Made by a program: the position numbers and the translations under genes. Below the pieces are notes generated by a model that was not told the origin of the DNA, made no database searches, and was given only the letters and a program-made list of their open reading frames with translations. From Girardia tigrina (lineage: Eukaryota), in assembly GCA_001938485.1 (NCBI GenBank), contig MQRK01214093.1, positions 1 to 56,892 of the forward strand: DNA of 56,892 bases, given 5' to 3'. Shown piece by piece: positions 23,130 to 37,069 of this stretch (positions within the stretch are counted from its first letter, which is position 1; every line of letters starts with the position of its first letter).

Positions 23130-24847
23130 TTATTAAATCCTATGGGAAAAGATGTTACATTATCAAAGGGATATCTTCTTTTATTATCATAACCAGAAGA
23201 TGCCTGCTTAGTTCTTGATACTATTCTAATTTCATGTTTTTTAGAAACAATATGTTTCTCTTCTTAAAGCATTGTTTCATTATGAAATAAAATATTAACC
23301 CTATTTTCAAAAATTACATCCTTTACTCCCTTATTTTTATAAGTTTCTCCCCTCTGATTTTTTGCTATTAATATATTTCTAAAGCTATAATCTTTTGATT
23401 TAATATCAACCATTTCTTCAATAATTTTTACACCTTCCATTTCGTCTTTAAATTTCCCAAAATCTAAATTATGTAAGCAATCTTTTAATATATCATTAGT
23501 ATTTTCTAAGTTGTCATAAATTTGTACAAAGAAAGAGTCTGTATCAGTATAATGAAGTAAAACATTTCCTGGCTCAAAGTTCAAAATTCTATGCTATCCA
23601 TCGTATGCAAATTGAAACATTAAAAGTTTTGATAATTCTAAAACGGTAAATCCAATATAAGTAAATTTATCAAATTTGATTTAGGTTTTCCTCATTTCTA
23701 CAGCACAAAGTTTTTTATTAAAGGGAGTTATTGATTTATATTTTGGTTTACCAGCCAATTTTACAAATGTTTTTTTTATTATTTACAATTTTAATGTTAG
23801 AGTGATTTCTATCATTTTTCAGGATTTTTCCATAAAATGAATTATTCATTAATTTAAAGAAGAAATCTCCAAATGATCGTTTTCCAGCTTCTTTCCGTTT
23901 TTGTATATTAAATTATATATAATGTCTCAACCATGGAGATTTCTTATATACCAATTTCCTATGAATTTATTCCCAACACCATCCCTTTTTTTAGATAAAA
24001 ATCCAACGTTCTTCTTTCAACAATATATTTCTTTTTATTGAGGAATGTCTGCACCAATTTCTCGGTTTTATCTCGCCTTTCAGGATAAACGGATTTTTCA
24101 TACGATGATAATTCTTCTTCAAAAGTATTGGGAACTAATCTTTCTGGACAAAATGGATAATAAAATGATTTTTTCTTTATTTCGTCGGGATATTTCAGAT
24201 CAAGTTCATAAACATATCCTTTATCTGATTCTTCATCCGATTCCTCATATGATAAATCTTCCGTCCAATCCATTTCTCCCGTTGGTAAATATTTTGTCAT
24301 AGATGAGGAATATAAGGAGTTTGCGTTGTAAAAAAGAGTATAATTTTCTCGGAAGAATTTATCAAAATCATAATTCGCTTTGTATTTCGATCTTTCAAAA
24401 TCTTCCAGCATCAAATCAAATTCATGTTCATTTATTCCAATCTTTTTATTAATATCTTCCTCCGTATGTCGATTATGGGGAACAATAGATCGCTTTCCCA
24501 AAACTGTCGCAACTCCACCTCTTATACCAGCCTCGTAAAATATTAGCTTGTCATGTGAATCTACTTTACAATATTTCAATTTTTGTCTGGTAAATTTCAT
24601 TCCAGCTTGCCAAGTCAAACCAGGAGTTGAATAACAGTAACATGGATCTATTTAGTAAAAATCCATACACATTTTCCTGAAATTTTCAAAAAAGTCCGCC
24701 AATATCAATACATCCGTTTTCATATATTGAGAGACATAATCTCGCATATTTGAACATCCTAAATCCACACAATTCTTTTTAGCCACTTCATATTCATCTG
24801 AGGAAATATTTTTGTTTGTCAGAATATTAAATTCTTCATGAGGTGGT
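23130..24847 (-). pseudogene. Protein-primed DNA polymerase B, polymerase-domain part
   Basis: GIRGG, YNANSLY (motif A), FKLMNNSFYGK (motif B) and YTDTDS (motif C), with frameshifts and stops. Confidence 0.92.
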
Positions 24848-25149
24848 TGTTAATTGTCGAAAATTGGCATTTATTTACTTTTCCGGTTTTATAATTAAAT
24901 CCGAAATCAAAAAGAGTTTTCATTACTAAAAATTTATTTTAAACCCACACTTTTTTTAATTTCAAATTTGGCGCTTCTTTTTTCCAATAAATTTGAAATA
25001 TTTAAACAACACACGTTTATTATAAAATATACATTAAATAAAAATACAATTAATATATGCACTGAGAGAGTCATAAACACATCCGAACATCATACCAAAG
25101 TTACACGAATTAAATTAACAACAATCATAATTTACAAATCATCCTTACA
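24848..25149 (-). repeat. 3' LTR
   Basis: Near-identical to 29606-29906; PPT adjacent at 25150-25162. Confidence 0.95.
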
Positions 25150-25159
25150 TCCCCCTCGA

Positions 25160-28100
25160 TTTAAAAGGCTTTAGCCACTCAATATTTCTGATGAATGTTC
25201 TGCCATCTTCAAGCTGCAATTCATATCTCCTTGCATGTGGTTTACTGATTACTATTGCTGGGCCCATGTATCGATCACCATCCTTTGTTGAGTTCTCCTT
25301 TTTTATTAGTACATAGTCTCCAAGTTCAAAAGTTCTCGCTGTTGGTAGTTCATTCTCATATTTTTACATATTTCTGAAATCTTTCCACCAAAGTTTCAAT
25401 TTCCGTCCAAAAATAATTTCTGCCGGTGATACTCCTGTGCTTGCTTGGATTGTACTATTTATCATGAATTCAATTTCAGGAAGTATTTCTACCCAGTCTT
25501 TGTGGACCCCATCTTGTATTCGTGTATTAATTGAATCTCTAATAGTTCGGAACTGTCTTTCAATCATTCCATTTGTCTGGTGATTGTACGGACTTGAATA
25601 AATTATTCGGCTGTTAAAGTTGTTGGCCAGTTCTTTGCAAGATGAGGATTCAAATGTTTTCCCTCTATCTACTTGAATTTCCTTAGGTGAACCGAATTTC
25701 AAGATCCATCTCTCCAAAAGAATTCTTCTTGCAGTTTTTTCATCTTGATGAACTACAGCATTTAAACATATATGTCTGCTAAAATGATCAATTATACCTA
25801 AAATATACTGGTATCCATGAATATTTCTCTTTAATGGTCCACAAAAATCAACATATATTTTTTGAAATGGCTCATCCGATATCTGTTTAATAATGTTTTN
25901 NNNNNNNNNNNNNNNNNNNNNNNNNNNNNNNNNNNNNNNNNNNNNNNCTTTGCACCATGTCTTTAATTTTTTCCTTCATATTCTTCATATCAAAATCATC
26001 TTTGAGATAATTATGCACTTTTTTACTACCCGCGTGACATAATGTCTTATGTATTTCTTCAATAAAAATATTTTGTGTATCATCAGGAATCCAGATTTTA
26101 TTCTCGTTGGACAAAACTATTCCGTCTATTAGTTTCCATGTTTTTGTCTTCCTCTCCATTATATCTTTAATAATCAATTTTACTTCCTCGTTGTTTTTCT
26201 GCCATTTAAAATTACTTGATTCCATAGACATTGCTAAGATCCTAGTTTTTATTTTTCCTTTTTTAGCTTCTTCATGTATAATTTGACATTGAATGCACGT
26301 TTCACAACTATTCCTAGATATTGCATCTGCATTCGAATGCAAATTACCCTTTCTATATTCCATGTCTAGGTCAAGACTACTAAGGAAATTAATCCACGTT
26401 TGGAATTGAGGTGTAATCGGCTTCTTTGTTGTTAACATAAACGTAATCGCTTTAGGGTCTGTTCTTAGTAAGAATTATTTCCCGTAGAGGAAATGCTTGA
26501 AGTGTTGGGTAAAATAATAAATTGCTAATAGTTCCTTCCTGGTGATACAATAACCAAGCTCATACTTGTTCATCTTATGGGATCCATAAGAAATGACCCT
26601 TTCTCTACCATGAGCATCTATTTGCGATAAAACTGCGCCATCGGTATCCAAAATAAAGTTTTCATTAAAATCTGGATATGCCAAAATTGGTGTCGTCATC
26701 ATCATTCCTTTCAATTTATTAAACGCTTCATTACATTCCTCCGACCATATTAATTTTTTGTCCTTATTTTTACCACACATTTCTTCCAATACTTTTGAGT
26801 ATCTTGCGTAGTCCTTGATAAATTTTCGATAATAATTGGTCAGGCCTAAGAAACTTCGCAAATGTTTTATGCAAGATGGAGTTTGAAATTGTTTAATGGC
26901 TTCTATCTTGCTCTCATCCGTCTGAATACCTTCTGAACTAATTATGTAACCTAAGAATTTTGTCTGTCGCACTAAAAATTGACAATTTTCAGGATTGATT
27001 TTGAGGCCTGATTCTTTAATTCTTTGAAAAACATTTTTTATACGATGAATATGGTCTTCTTTAGTTCGTGAAAATATCAATATGTCATCTAAATATACCA
27101 CTGCNNNNNNNNNNNNNNNNNNNNNNNNNNNNNNNNNNNNNNNNNNNNNNNNNCTGGTGCTGCCGCAATTCCAAATGGCATTCTTTTAAAGCAGTATTGT
27201 CCACTTTTGGTCGAAAATGCTGTTTTTTCTTTGGATTCCTCTTCTAGTTCTACTTGGTAGTAAGCATTTCCTACGTCAATGGTACTGAAATATTGTGCTC
27301 CATTTAAAGTATTCAGCATATCATCGATATTTGGCATTGGAAATGCTGGTCTTATTGTTACTTTGTTAAGCTGACGAAAATCCACACACAATCTGATTTC
27401 TTGTTTCTCTTTCTTCCATACGCACACNNNNNNNNNNNNNNNNNNNNNNNNNNNNNNNNNNNNNNNNNNNNNNNNNNTTGTTAAGCTGACGAAAATCCAC
27501 ACACAATCTGATTTCTTGTTTCTCTTTCTTCCATACGCACACTAAAGGAAAATTCCAAGGTGATGTGCGTTTTTTTATTATATCATTTTCTTCCAGCTTT
27601 TTGAGGATTTCTTCCAATTTTTCTTAAAAGTGTTTCGGCTGTTTGTACGGCTTCACAAGTATTGGATCACCTTGAGTTTGAATCAGATGTTTCGTGTAAT
27701 CGGTCTTTCCAACATCCCATTTGTTTGCCATAAAAATGGACTTGTATTCAATTAAAATATNNNNNNNNNNNNNNNNNNNNNNNNNNNNNATACAATTCTT
27801 TCATTCGAATCATTCTTTCTTTGTCTAAATTGTTGTCTTTAATTTGCAAAATCTGTCGTTTTCCTTGCATAACTTTTGATAGTCGTATGTTGAATTTCTT
27901 AAGGAAGTCAATTCCGGCAATCATCTCCTGAACAATTTCTTTAACAACATAAAACTCAATTGTTTTTTCTACTTGTTCTATATTGATGATTAATTTAACA
28001 GTACCATAAGTTATCAATTCCGAGTCGTTTGCACAATATATCCGTTTCGTTGAATCTTTTAATTTCACATCTGTCATATATTTTAATAAGTCAAACTTAA

Positions 28101-28524
28101 TTACATTTACCCTGGCGCCAGTATCTAAAAGACAATCAATATTTCTATCATTTATTGGGAACGTAATACTTGGTCGTTCATTTAGTTTATCGTATCTTAT
28201 ATTCAAACAAGTTATTTTCAACACATCTATTTTCAATAGGTTTTTATTGTCATTACTATTATTGCTAAAGGGATTAAATTTCTTTCTCTGTGTTTTTGTT
28301 TTATTTTCTCTACTTAAATTACATATTACATTCTTATCAAAATATTCCACATAGTCATAGCATTTTTCTTTACACCCAAACTCACATTTTAAATCAGATA
28401 TTTCATTCACAGCAAAACATTCCGCAAACACGCTCTTTTTTTCAATACAATCAAGCTCACATAATCCGAGGGGTTCACTTTCACATACATCATCCAACCA
28501 ACAGTCACATACACAATTAAACAT
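25160..28524 (-). pseudogene. gypsy pol (protease, RT, RNase H, integrase), broken by gaps and frameshifts
   Basis: LLDTGA, RLCVDFRQLN, MPFG, YLDD, FILDTD, TRKELLA and YSSPYNHQTNGMIER motifs. Confidence 0.93.
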
Positions 28525-28556
28525 ACCTTCAAATAGACATCTGCATCCAGGATTTT

Positions 28557-29606
28557 TTAGTTGAGCACACTGATCACCTCTCTCTTTGATCGTGCGTCTT
28601 TGTTTCCCTGATTACCAACATATTGATCTTCTGAATTTTGGTAGTTTCTGTTGAAAAATTCTGTTTTTCCGTACATTTTGTTCATTTCTTGCATCTCGTT
28701 TTGGCTATCATACTCGTTTTCATTTATAACTGCTGCCGAGTACATTTGTTCATTTGGTCCTCTACTTTGGGATCTGTATGAATTAAATTTATTCGCGATT
28801 CTTTCTTTTCTTCTTCTATATTCTGCTTTTTCCTCAAATCTATGCGGTTTCTCATAACATTGACTCCTATAGTGTCCTTTTTTATGACAAAAAGAACATT
28901 TGACTTATGGACACTCTCTTCTTACATGTCCTTCTTTATGACATGCCCAACAATGCACAATGAAATGTGTTGGATGTATCTGTCTTTTATTTTCTTGTAC
29001 CATATCTCTCCTGACTTGACGAGTTTCCTGTCTTGGCTGATACTTCTTTTTCTCTACATTTTTCCATTTGCTATCATTTGTAGTATATGCTGCAACTGAT
29101 TCTTCNTTCATTTTCTTTAATTTATGAACTCTTTTTACGATATCTTTGATATCTTTGGTATCAGATGTACCTCTCAACACCAGTTCTCTTTTAACTTCAT
29201 AGTCATCGACAACATTCATATATACTAAATTTGTTAATTCTTTTTTTCTAATTTTCTTTTCGCAGAGCTTTTCAATAAGTTCATCTGCTTTTTTGAAGAC
29301 AAAATCCGGATCCTGGGATTCCAATCTAAGATTAACAAGTTCATTCATTATATCCAATATCGTTTTTGGTTTCGTAAACGCTGCTTTTAACTTTTCATCG
29401 AATGTAATTCCGGGTGCTTCATCATATTTTAAAACTGCTGTGGACGTTAAATATGCAGCTACAACAATTACCTTCCTTTCTTCTGCAAGCCCAATAATTT
29501 GAGCATAACGATTGAAGTTCTTTATAAATTCCTCAAGTTTCGATTCTGTGCCATCGAATTTTTCGGGACCCTCAATATTCGGTTTCGCAATGGTCAGGGT
29601 CGCCAT
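28557..29606 (-). CDS. gypsy gag (frameshifted near the C-terminus)
   Basis: MATLTIAKPNIEGPEKFDG start at 29606; CCHC knuckle CWACHKEGHVRREC. Confidence 0.85.
29593..29605 (-). promoter_or_regulatory. Primer-binding site, tRNA-Arg-like
   Basis: TGGCGACCCTGAC directly after the LTR-terminal CA. It resembles the tRNA-Arg PBS (TGGCGACCGTGA) of 412/mdg1-type elements. Confidence 0.7.
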
Positions 29607-29906
29607 GTTAATTGTCGAAAATTTGCATTTATTTTCTTTTCCGGTTTTATAATTAAATCCGAAATCAAAAAGAGTTTTCATTACTAAAAATTTATTTTCA
29701 ACCCACACTTTTTTTAATTTCAAATTTGGCGCTTCTTTTTCCAATAAATTTGAAATATTTAAACAACACACGTTTATTATAAAATATACATTAAATAAAA
29801 ATACAATTAATATATACACTGAGAGAGTCATAAACACATCCGAACATCATACCAAAGTTACACGAATTAAATTAACAACAATCATAATTTACAAATCATC
29901 CTTACA
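29606..29906 (-). repeat. 5' LTR
   Basis: Near-identical to 24848-25149. Confidence 0.95.
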
Positions 29907-31883
29907 GTGATATTTCGGTTTCCACCAAAATGTTTTCCACTTTATACAATTTCCCTTGATATATTCATGGGGAAATATTCCTTTCTTTGAAAACCATTTT
30001 TGTTTTTCCTGATCATAAAACAGAAGATTATTTTCTCTTAAAATTTTACAATCTTCACCTTTTAATTGTTCCCCACATTTTTCTAAACTACGACCATAAG
30101 TAAAATTCTTTGCGTCCAGAATTTTTAAAGAATTTATTTTAAAAGAAATACAATTTTCTGATTTTTTTGGGGAGAATAGATGTTTTTATCGTCCTTTCAT
30201 TACACTTTACCATTAATTCTTTAAAAAAATAAGTAGTTATCATATTTCGTATTGTTATAGAAGAAAACTGGTATGATATCAACTTTCTTTGCCCTTAAAT
30301 TACACTTATTATGAAAGCTCTTCTATATTTCCCCGTCAAATGATCATGATCTCTAACTTTATCTCTTGATGATTTAAAATTTTTATTACGATAGAAACAT
30401 TTTTTTTACAATTTCTAAAATTTCTTTTATCTCTTGATTCCATTTTTAATTTTCTTTCAGATTTAAATATTTGTGTATATTTATCATTTATTTTCATTAA
30501 ATAATCAATAAATTGGTTCACTACATCTTTTCCCATAATTTGTTTATAATAACTATTTTCTATCTCCAGTATATTAGAAAGAAAATAAATACCATTAGCA
30601 AATGCTTTTTGTTTCATTATATATGTAGTTTTATCACTATCTTTATCATTAATATTTTCAAATTCTATAAAATTATATTTTTCATTCCCTTCTTCATTTA
30701 TATCTTCTTCACCAGTAAAATTATAAGATTCAAAATCAAAATATATGGCAAAAGGTACTTTATTTTTAAAAGGAAAATTTTTAAATTTATAATATGATTT
30801 ATAGGGAAATACAGATTTTGATGGTTCATTTTTTTTCACAGTTCTCCAAATGTTTCTTGTAAGATATTTCCAAATTAAAAAATATTCCACAATTCATGCA
30901 AAAATGTTTTTTGTTTTTTATCGTTATTCAAATATGTGGAAATATCATTACACCGGACAATATGTAAAACTTTTTTAATCGCAAACTTATTTCCCTCCTT
31001 TAATCGTTTATGTTTTGAATATAAAATAATATTAAAACCCTTAACATTTTTATGGGCATAGAGAATACCTTATGATTACCATTATCATCAGCAACAAAAA
31101 CATTAACCTTATTTTCATCTTCCTCTTTTTTATTAAACCGTTTTAAGTCTTACAATGTCGAAGGGAAATTGATACCCGAAAATAAGTTGTCATAATAAGC
31201 AAAATCTTGGGAATAATAATATATTTATACTAAATTGTAATTAATTATTCATATTTTTTATCTCATCCCGTTTACGGTATGCAATGAAACATCAGAGAAA
31301 ACATTTATCATCGGTATTTTTAATATTTATAATGTTTCGGGATTTTTTCATCCGTTCCGGTATTTCGATATAAGAACCTGAAATTTCATTTTTATATTTG
31401 GAAACGACATATTCAATATTTTTGATTTGTAATACTGAAAATCCCGATCCATTATTAGTATATTCATCAATTTTTGTGTTAATTATATTATATCCACTTG
31501 GGCAAAATCATCTATAACTTCTTCCGTTTTCAATATTTTATCGCGTGTTTTAAAATTTATAGGCCCAATTTCCTTATATATTTCTTTTCCTCTGGCAGTT
31601 TCTCATACCGTTAAAACATTATAGAAGCTGCAAAATTGATTCTTTGTGGGTATTTTAATTTTCCATTTTTATATCTCGTAACGAGAGCATTGATATCTTC
31701 CATATTCAAAATAATTTTTTTATCTGTATATGTTTTCGTAACATATATCACCGAATTACTATTATATACTTCAATATTATTTCCTGGATTTTCAATTGTA
31801 CCACCACTTACACTTAGTGAATTATATATATTTACATTAATAATATGTTGTTTACTTTTCTTATGGGATCCAATTCCAGCCAT
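29907..31883 (-). pseudogene. Protein-primed DNA polymerase B, N-terminal and exonuclease part
   Basis: GSGFS..SGSYIEIP..NIKNTDDKCF, PFAIYFDFES (Exo I), VRDHDH..G.YR..HNKCNL and KGIFPHEY, typical of Polinton pPolB. Confidence 0.85.
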
Positions 31884-32425
31884 ATTTTTAAAATGTTTTT
31901 CGTAGTATATGCAATATAATGGATCAGTATTTGAACTTACATCTGTTTCGGGTTCAGTTTCTGTATCCGCATCCGTATCTGAACATTCTTCTTCTTCTTC
32001 ATTATATTATGATGATAAATCGCTTTAAAAACTATACTTACATCATCATCACAATCAACATCAGATGCTTCATCAATATTTTTATTCATATTCAGTATTT
32101 TTTTTATTTTTTATATATTATTTCCTCAATAGATTCATAAAGGATTTCATAATATGAAATTTGGAATGACAAAAGCCATACCTTAATATGGCTCTTTATT
32201 ATTTTTTTTATTATTTATGAATAAAAATTAAAATTATGTGATGATATCATTGAAGAATTGTTTTATCACTAACATTACTCATGTTATCACTCTCCATATT
32301 AAAAGAACTATTTGAATCAGTCTCAGTAATATAATCCGAATAATTTAATAAAATGTATAATTTAATAATGTCTATAATTTAATAAAATAACGTGTAATAC
32401 CTCTTTTGTAAACAAACTCATGTAT

Positions 32426-33059
32426 TTATTTTTCTATAATTTTTCTAATAATATTTTTAAAGATTCTAAATTTTCTGGGGTAATCATTTTTTTTATATTT
32501 TCGCTTTTTTTTATCATAATCACTCAATTTACATTTCTCCAATATTTGTTTACTCATTTGTAGTTCTTCTTCCCATATGCAACTATCTGATAGGGCTTGT
32601 TTGTGAAACAAGAATAATTCATCATTCGTCTTTTCTAATATTTTAAAACATTCTTTATATTTTATTATTTGTAATAATATTGAAACCATTATCCGTTACA
32701 TTGGTAAAAACACCCAATCCAGCAAAAGCAGCAGTCAATGGAATTGTCGGCCTTCCCAACGAAGCAACACCTACAACGACAATTGCTCCAACAGATCCAA
32801 CCAAAGTACAAAATCCATTAGCGTATTTAATACATTGTCCAATTCGCTTCCATCTTCTTTTAAGTTTCCGATAATGTTTGATATGTTCGCCTAAATATTC
32901 CAAATCTTTTTTACATTACTGAATATGTAAACTATTTAATTCATTTTTATAATTATCTGCCGTTTCTTCTATTTTCAAATTTCTACTATATTTTTTCATG
33001 TATTCTTCCAAATCCAATTTAGGAGACATATTTTTGGTTTTTATTTCTTCTGACGTCAT
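32426..33059 (-). pseudogene. Polinton accessory ORF with a basic stretch and hydrophobic segments (PW-like)
   Basis: HYRKLKRRWKR followed by a G/A/V-rich hydrophobic region; lies next to pPolB. Confidence 0.5.
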
Positions 33060-33165
33060 TTTATTATAATATTATTTTTTATCCCAAAAGTAATGATGCA
33101 ATATTTCCATTTAAAACGAAAATAACAATAGAATATAAATCTATGAAAAATATAATATATATTAT

Positions 33166-33940
33166 TTACCAATATAACATAATATTTCCTTTTTTATTAT
33201 CGCAATTTCCAAAAAAGTGAAGATTTGTGAAATGAAATACTTTTATTATTTTATATTCATTATTACACAAATTTACAATATATTTACGTATATCTAATTC
33301 AAATATTTCCCCCATAAAAAATTCAATGGTATTTTTTTGATTTATATATAATATTGAATTTGTTTCAAATTTGTTTATTAATTTTTGAAATATTATTTCA
33401 TTTTGTCCTTCTCTAAAATAAATAGTTTCAAAAGTATATGTATTTAAACTTTTTTCAAAAGTCCTTATTCGATTTTCCAACCTTTCAACTTTATTTTTAA
33501 GATAAAAGATTATATACATCATTTCAATATTTACCTCATTTAATATTTTAATTCTTTCATCTGCTAATTTTACTAAGATATGTTCTTTCTCTTTTAATGC
33601 TTCAATATAAGCTGAAAACGAATAAAAATTATTATTATTAAAGAAATCATCTTTTTCCATATATTTTTTATTAAATATTTCTCTTTCACGAATATGAGCA
33701 AATTTTCTTTCCTCTCCCCCATATTCAAAATCATAAGCAATAAAAACACCTCCATAAGTTTTTTTCAATTTCATTTGTAATTTTTTTTCGTCTGTTGTTA
33801 AATTAAATCTTATATTATTAAAATATTTTTTTCTGAAAATAATTATTTCTATTTTCAACCATATAAGTAAGAAACTGCGTCTAATCATGAAATCATCATA
33901 TTGTATCACTCCATTATAATAATTACTTTGACTATCTTTA
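33166..33940 (-). CDS. Uncharacterised AT-rich ORF, probably Polinton-derived (the ORF track fuses it to an unrelated CpG-rich segment)
   Basis: About 250 open codons, co-oriented with the Polinton genes. No motif recognised. Confidence 0.35.
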
Positions 33941-35703
33941 TCTATATCTATATATATTAGATATATATATGTGTCGCCCACAAACTCCGTCCGCATTTCG
34001 GATCGGGAAATTCCGAATAAATCGTCAGGGATCGTTCTCTGGACTGGTCGACATTGAGAAATCGGGGATCGTATTGCACCGTTGCCAAGTACGAGTAGTC
34101 GCCTGTTGTGGCGACGATTCGCGATTGCGCGATCAGATATTTTCAATAATCGGAATTGACGGATTCCCGTTCGAATTTTATCGGCAAACGATCGATAACA
34201 AATCGATAAAACCAAGATCGATGATCCTGTTTTTCCGAGCATTTATTCTCTGGCATTTTTGCATTTACCCAAACTAGGTGAAATGTCCAAATCGATCAAT
34301 GTAATCGAAATAAAAAATCCCAAACGATTTCAATCAATATATTTTTTCAATTCAAAAAATTTCTGTACAACGCCAATTATTCAAACAATACCAAATTAAA
34401 TTATTCACAGTTTTTCGATAGTATTTTTTGATCAATTTTTTAAATTTTTAATTGTATTAAAAATTTTCTAATATACGTCTGAATTTTTCTAAGCTCAAAA
34501 ATTTCAGGGGTCGCAAATCCAATTAAGAAATTTTTTTCAAAATTAAAAATCAAAAAATTAAATTAAATATCACTTTAAAAAAACTCTTAATTAGTTGCTG
34601 CTGCTGATGCGATTTAGTGAACACTACAATATATCTTCAATATTATAGTTTTTTAAAGTTTTATCATCAATTATTACTTTTTGTTATTTTTGCATTTTTT
34701 CTGGGAGATAAAAATTGGTTCTTCTTGTAAATTTAGCTATTGTTTTAATTCTATCTTCTATAATCCTTTTTCGTTCCTCTAAAAAATAAACTTCTTCTGA
34801 ATAAGTAATATTAATATTAAAATTTAAAGCCATATCTTCAATTAGAGGTTGTTGAATTAGAGTTTGATCTTTAAACATCAAATTATCGACAGTGAGAGTC
34901 TTGACCTCGAAATCCTCAATCTGATCTCCCTATTCATTAACGAATTCATTATCAAGCAAACTTTATCCGAGTTTTTTAACGTACATTTTCTTTTCCAATC
35001 TTTTCTTTAATAAATTAGGAATTCTTCTGCATGCTACCCTAAATCTAGTAGTGAATGATATTGTGTAACTTTTTCCTTGTTATTTTTGAATACCCCTGTA
35101 ACCATATCTCTAACAATATCTTTTATTCTTCTTTGTGTATTTAATTCTTGCATAACCATCCATGTTACAGATCTAAATCTTTCATGAATATCTTCTTTTT
35201 ATTTTTTCCCTCTTCATAATTATGGGTAAATCTTTTATTATTTTCAAAATCTAAATTACTGGAAAATGTATCCACTTTATCAATTTTCTTCTTTATCGAC
35301 TCCATATCTTTCTTTATCGAGTCGATATCTTTCTTTAACGAGACAATATCTTTCTATAACGACTCTATTTCTTTCTTTTGCGAGACAATTTCCTTCTTCA
35401 GTAAGTCTATTTGTGAATTAAAATTTTTTATTAACTTTATCTCTTCCAAAATATCAATATTTTGAATTATTCAGGGATTTTACCCGATCCTCCCCATCCT
35501 CATTAACATATCGATTATCTGACTCTCATTATTTTCATGTTATTATTTTCCAGAGCTTCATTGATTTTTTCCTGATTCATCCCAGTTTGTAAAATGTTTC
35601 CAAATTTATTCACAGGATAACTCATTTAAGGCCATTTTTTTATTTAAATCTATTTTTTAATACTATTTATTTTTAAAAATAAAAACCTTAGCCTCGCGAG
35701 TAA

Positions 35704-36060
35704 TTACAATAAAGTTTCAGGCCATAAATAATCTAACATTTCTTCAATGATATCATCAAATTTCATGATTTTATTATCACATTCACACCGATACAATTTA
35801 AACATAAAATACAAACATAATTGACCACATAATCGTGTTCCAAAAGGTTTTACTTGAACAGTATTATAAATGCATTTTTGGAAATCTTTTAACGGTTCTA
35901 TTCCAAATGGATCGAAATCCAACTTATTGTGATTATCACGATAAAATGCTACTCAATGACTTCCTTTTTGATCGGAATCTTGATAGTTGATTATATTTAA
36001 TTTCTTATCGTTTACTTGATCCATTTCATTAGCCATTAGAACTTGAAAATCTTTAGGATC
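35704..36060 (-). pseudogene. Adenain-like (C5) cysteine protease of the Polinton
   Basis: IINYQDSDQKGSH*VAF..DFDPFG..YNTVQVK..CGQLCLYF matches the GSHWVA / FDSFG / Q..CG motifs. The Trp codon is now a stop. Confidence 0.85.
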
Positions 36061-36219
36061 TATTTTCAATTTTAGTGACCATACCGTAAGATCGAAATTA
36101 GTCGATGTATCAACTCTAAACATCATCATAAAATCACCTAAATTATAAAATTCAAGTAAAGTCATTTTCAATTCCGATTTTTCTTTGTTCCAAAATTACA
36201 AAACACTTTGGCGTAATCT

Positions 36220-37065
36220 GAGACATATTTATTTGTTCGTTATTGAAATTAAGTAACCTTCTCTTATCATCTATGTTTCTCATCGTGAAATCATTAATCT
36301 GATAAATATATACAGGATAATAGGTAACGAAAGCCGGACCTCAGATATTTTGTATCCAATTGGAACGGTAAAAGCCGGAAAAGAATAAATAATATTTGTA
36401 TTTTTCAAATTTTCAATATTTGCTACTCTAATATTACCTTTTTCCTCAATTGAAACGTGTTAGCAATATTACAATCAATATTACAAATATTAATATCTGT
36501 AATCTGAAAAGTATATTTCGACTCATAATCCGTAATCACAATATTGTTTTTATTGATAAAATAAAAACTTCGGTCTCCAGTAAACAATTTATGTTTTGGA
36601 TATTTATCCGGATAAATTTTATCAAATCCATCCATGGAAAAAATAATCGATTTCTTTTCAAATTCGATATAATAATTAATTTGGATTTCGATTTTGAAAA
36701 TAACCGTCTTGTCATCAGTTTCCACTTTAATCAAATTATTAGTTAAACTCAATGTTTCTTTATTAATATCTTTAAAACCTTTGGGACCCTTTTTCAAATT
36801 TAATTTTATATATACGTAATTTATATTAACTTTTACTATATTTTTTCTTTCTCCTTTTATTTCAGCGGGGAAAGACGATCATTTTTAAATAAAATAAAAC
36901 GAATTGTTTTCGTCAGTGACATAAGCGACAGTATTATAGGTGGAAAACCACAATAATCCTATTTCGTATTTGAATTTTTTTATCCAAATTCAGCTGAACT
37001 GGTAAATTGATTCTCGAGCGGAAATAGTACAAGGTATTGAAAATCCTTTTGTATCATCACTCATT
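36220..37065 (-). pseudogene. Polinton minor capsid (penton)-like remnant
   Basis: NIDCNI...IIYSFPAFTVPIGYKISE motif. Confidence 0.65.
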
Positions 37066-37069
37066 TTTT

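Larger units (their letters stand above)
24848..29906 (-). mobile_element. Full-length Ty3/gypsy LTR retrotransposon, 5059 bp
   Basis: Two ~301-bp TG..CA LTRs differing at only about 5 positions. PBS TGGCGACCCTGAC, PPT aaatcgaggggga, TSD GTGGT/GTGAT (one mismatch). Order gag-PR-RT-RH-INT. Confidence 0.95.

Noticed and set aside
27363-27542. Duplicated RT segment (VCVWKKEKQEIRLCVDFRQLN twice)
   Set aside because: Identical copies flank an N gap, a typical scaffolding overlap artefact.
29607-29837. Hydrophobic, signal-like N-terminal extension of gag in the ORF track
   Set aside because: It lies inside the LTR and starts at a non-ATG codon. The likely start is the ATG at 29606.
33166-34242. 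Single 358-aa gene
   Set aside because: Crosses a TA run joining two compositionally different sequences; probably a chance fusion.
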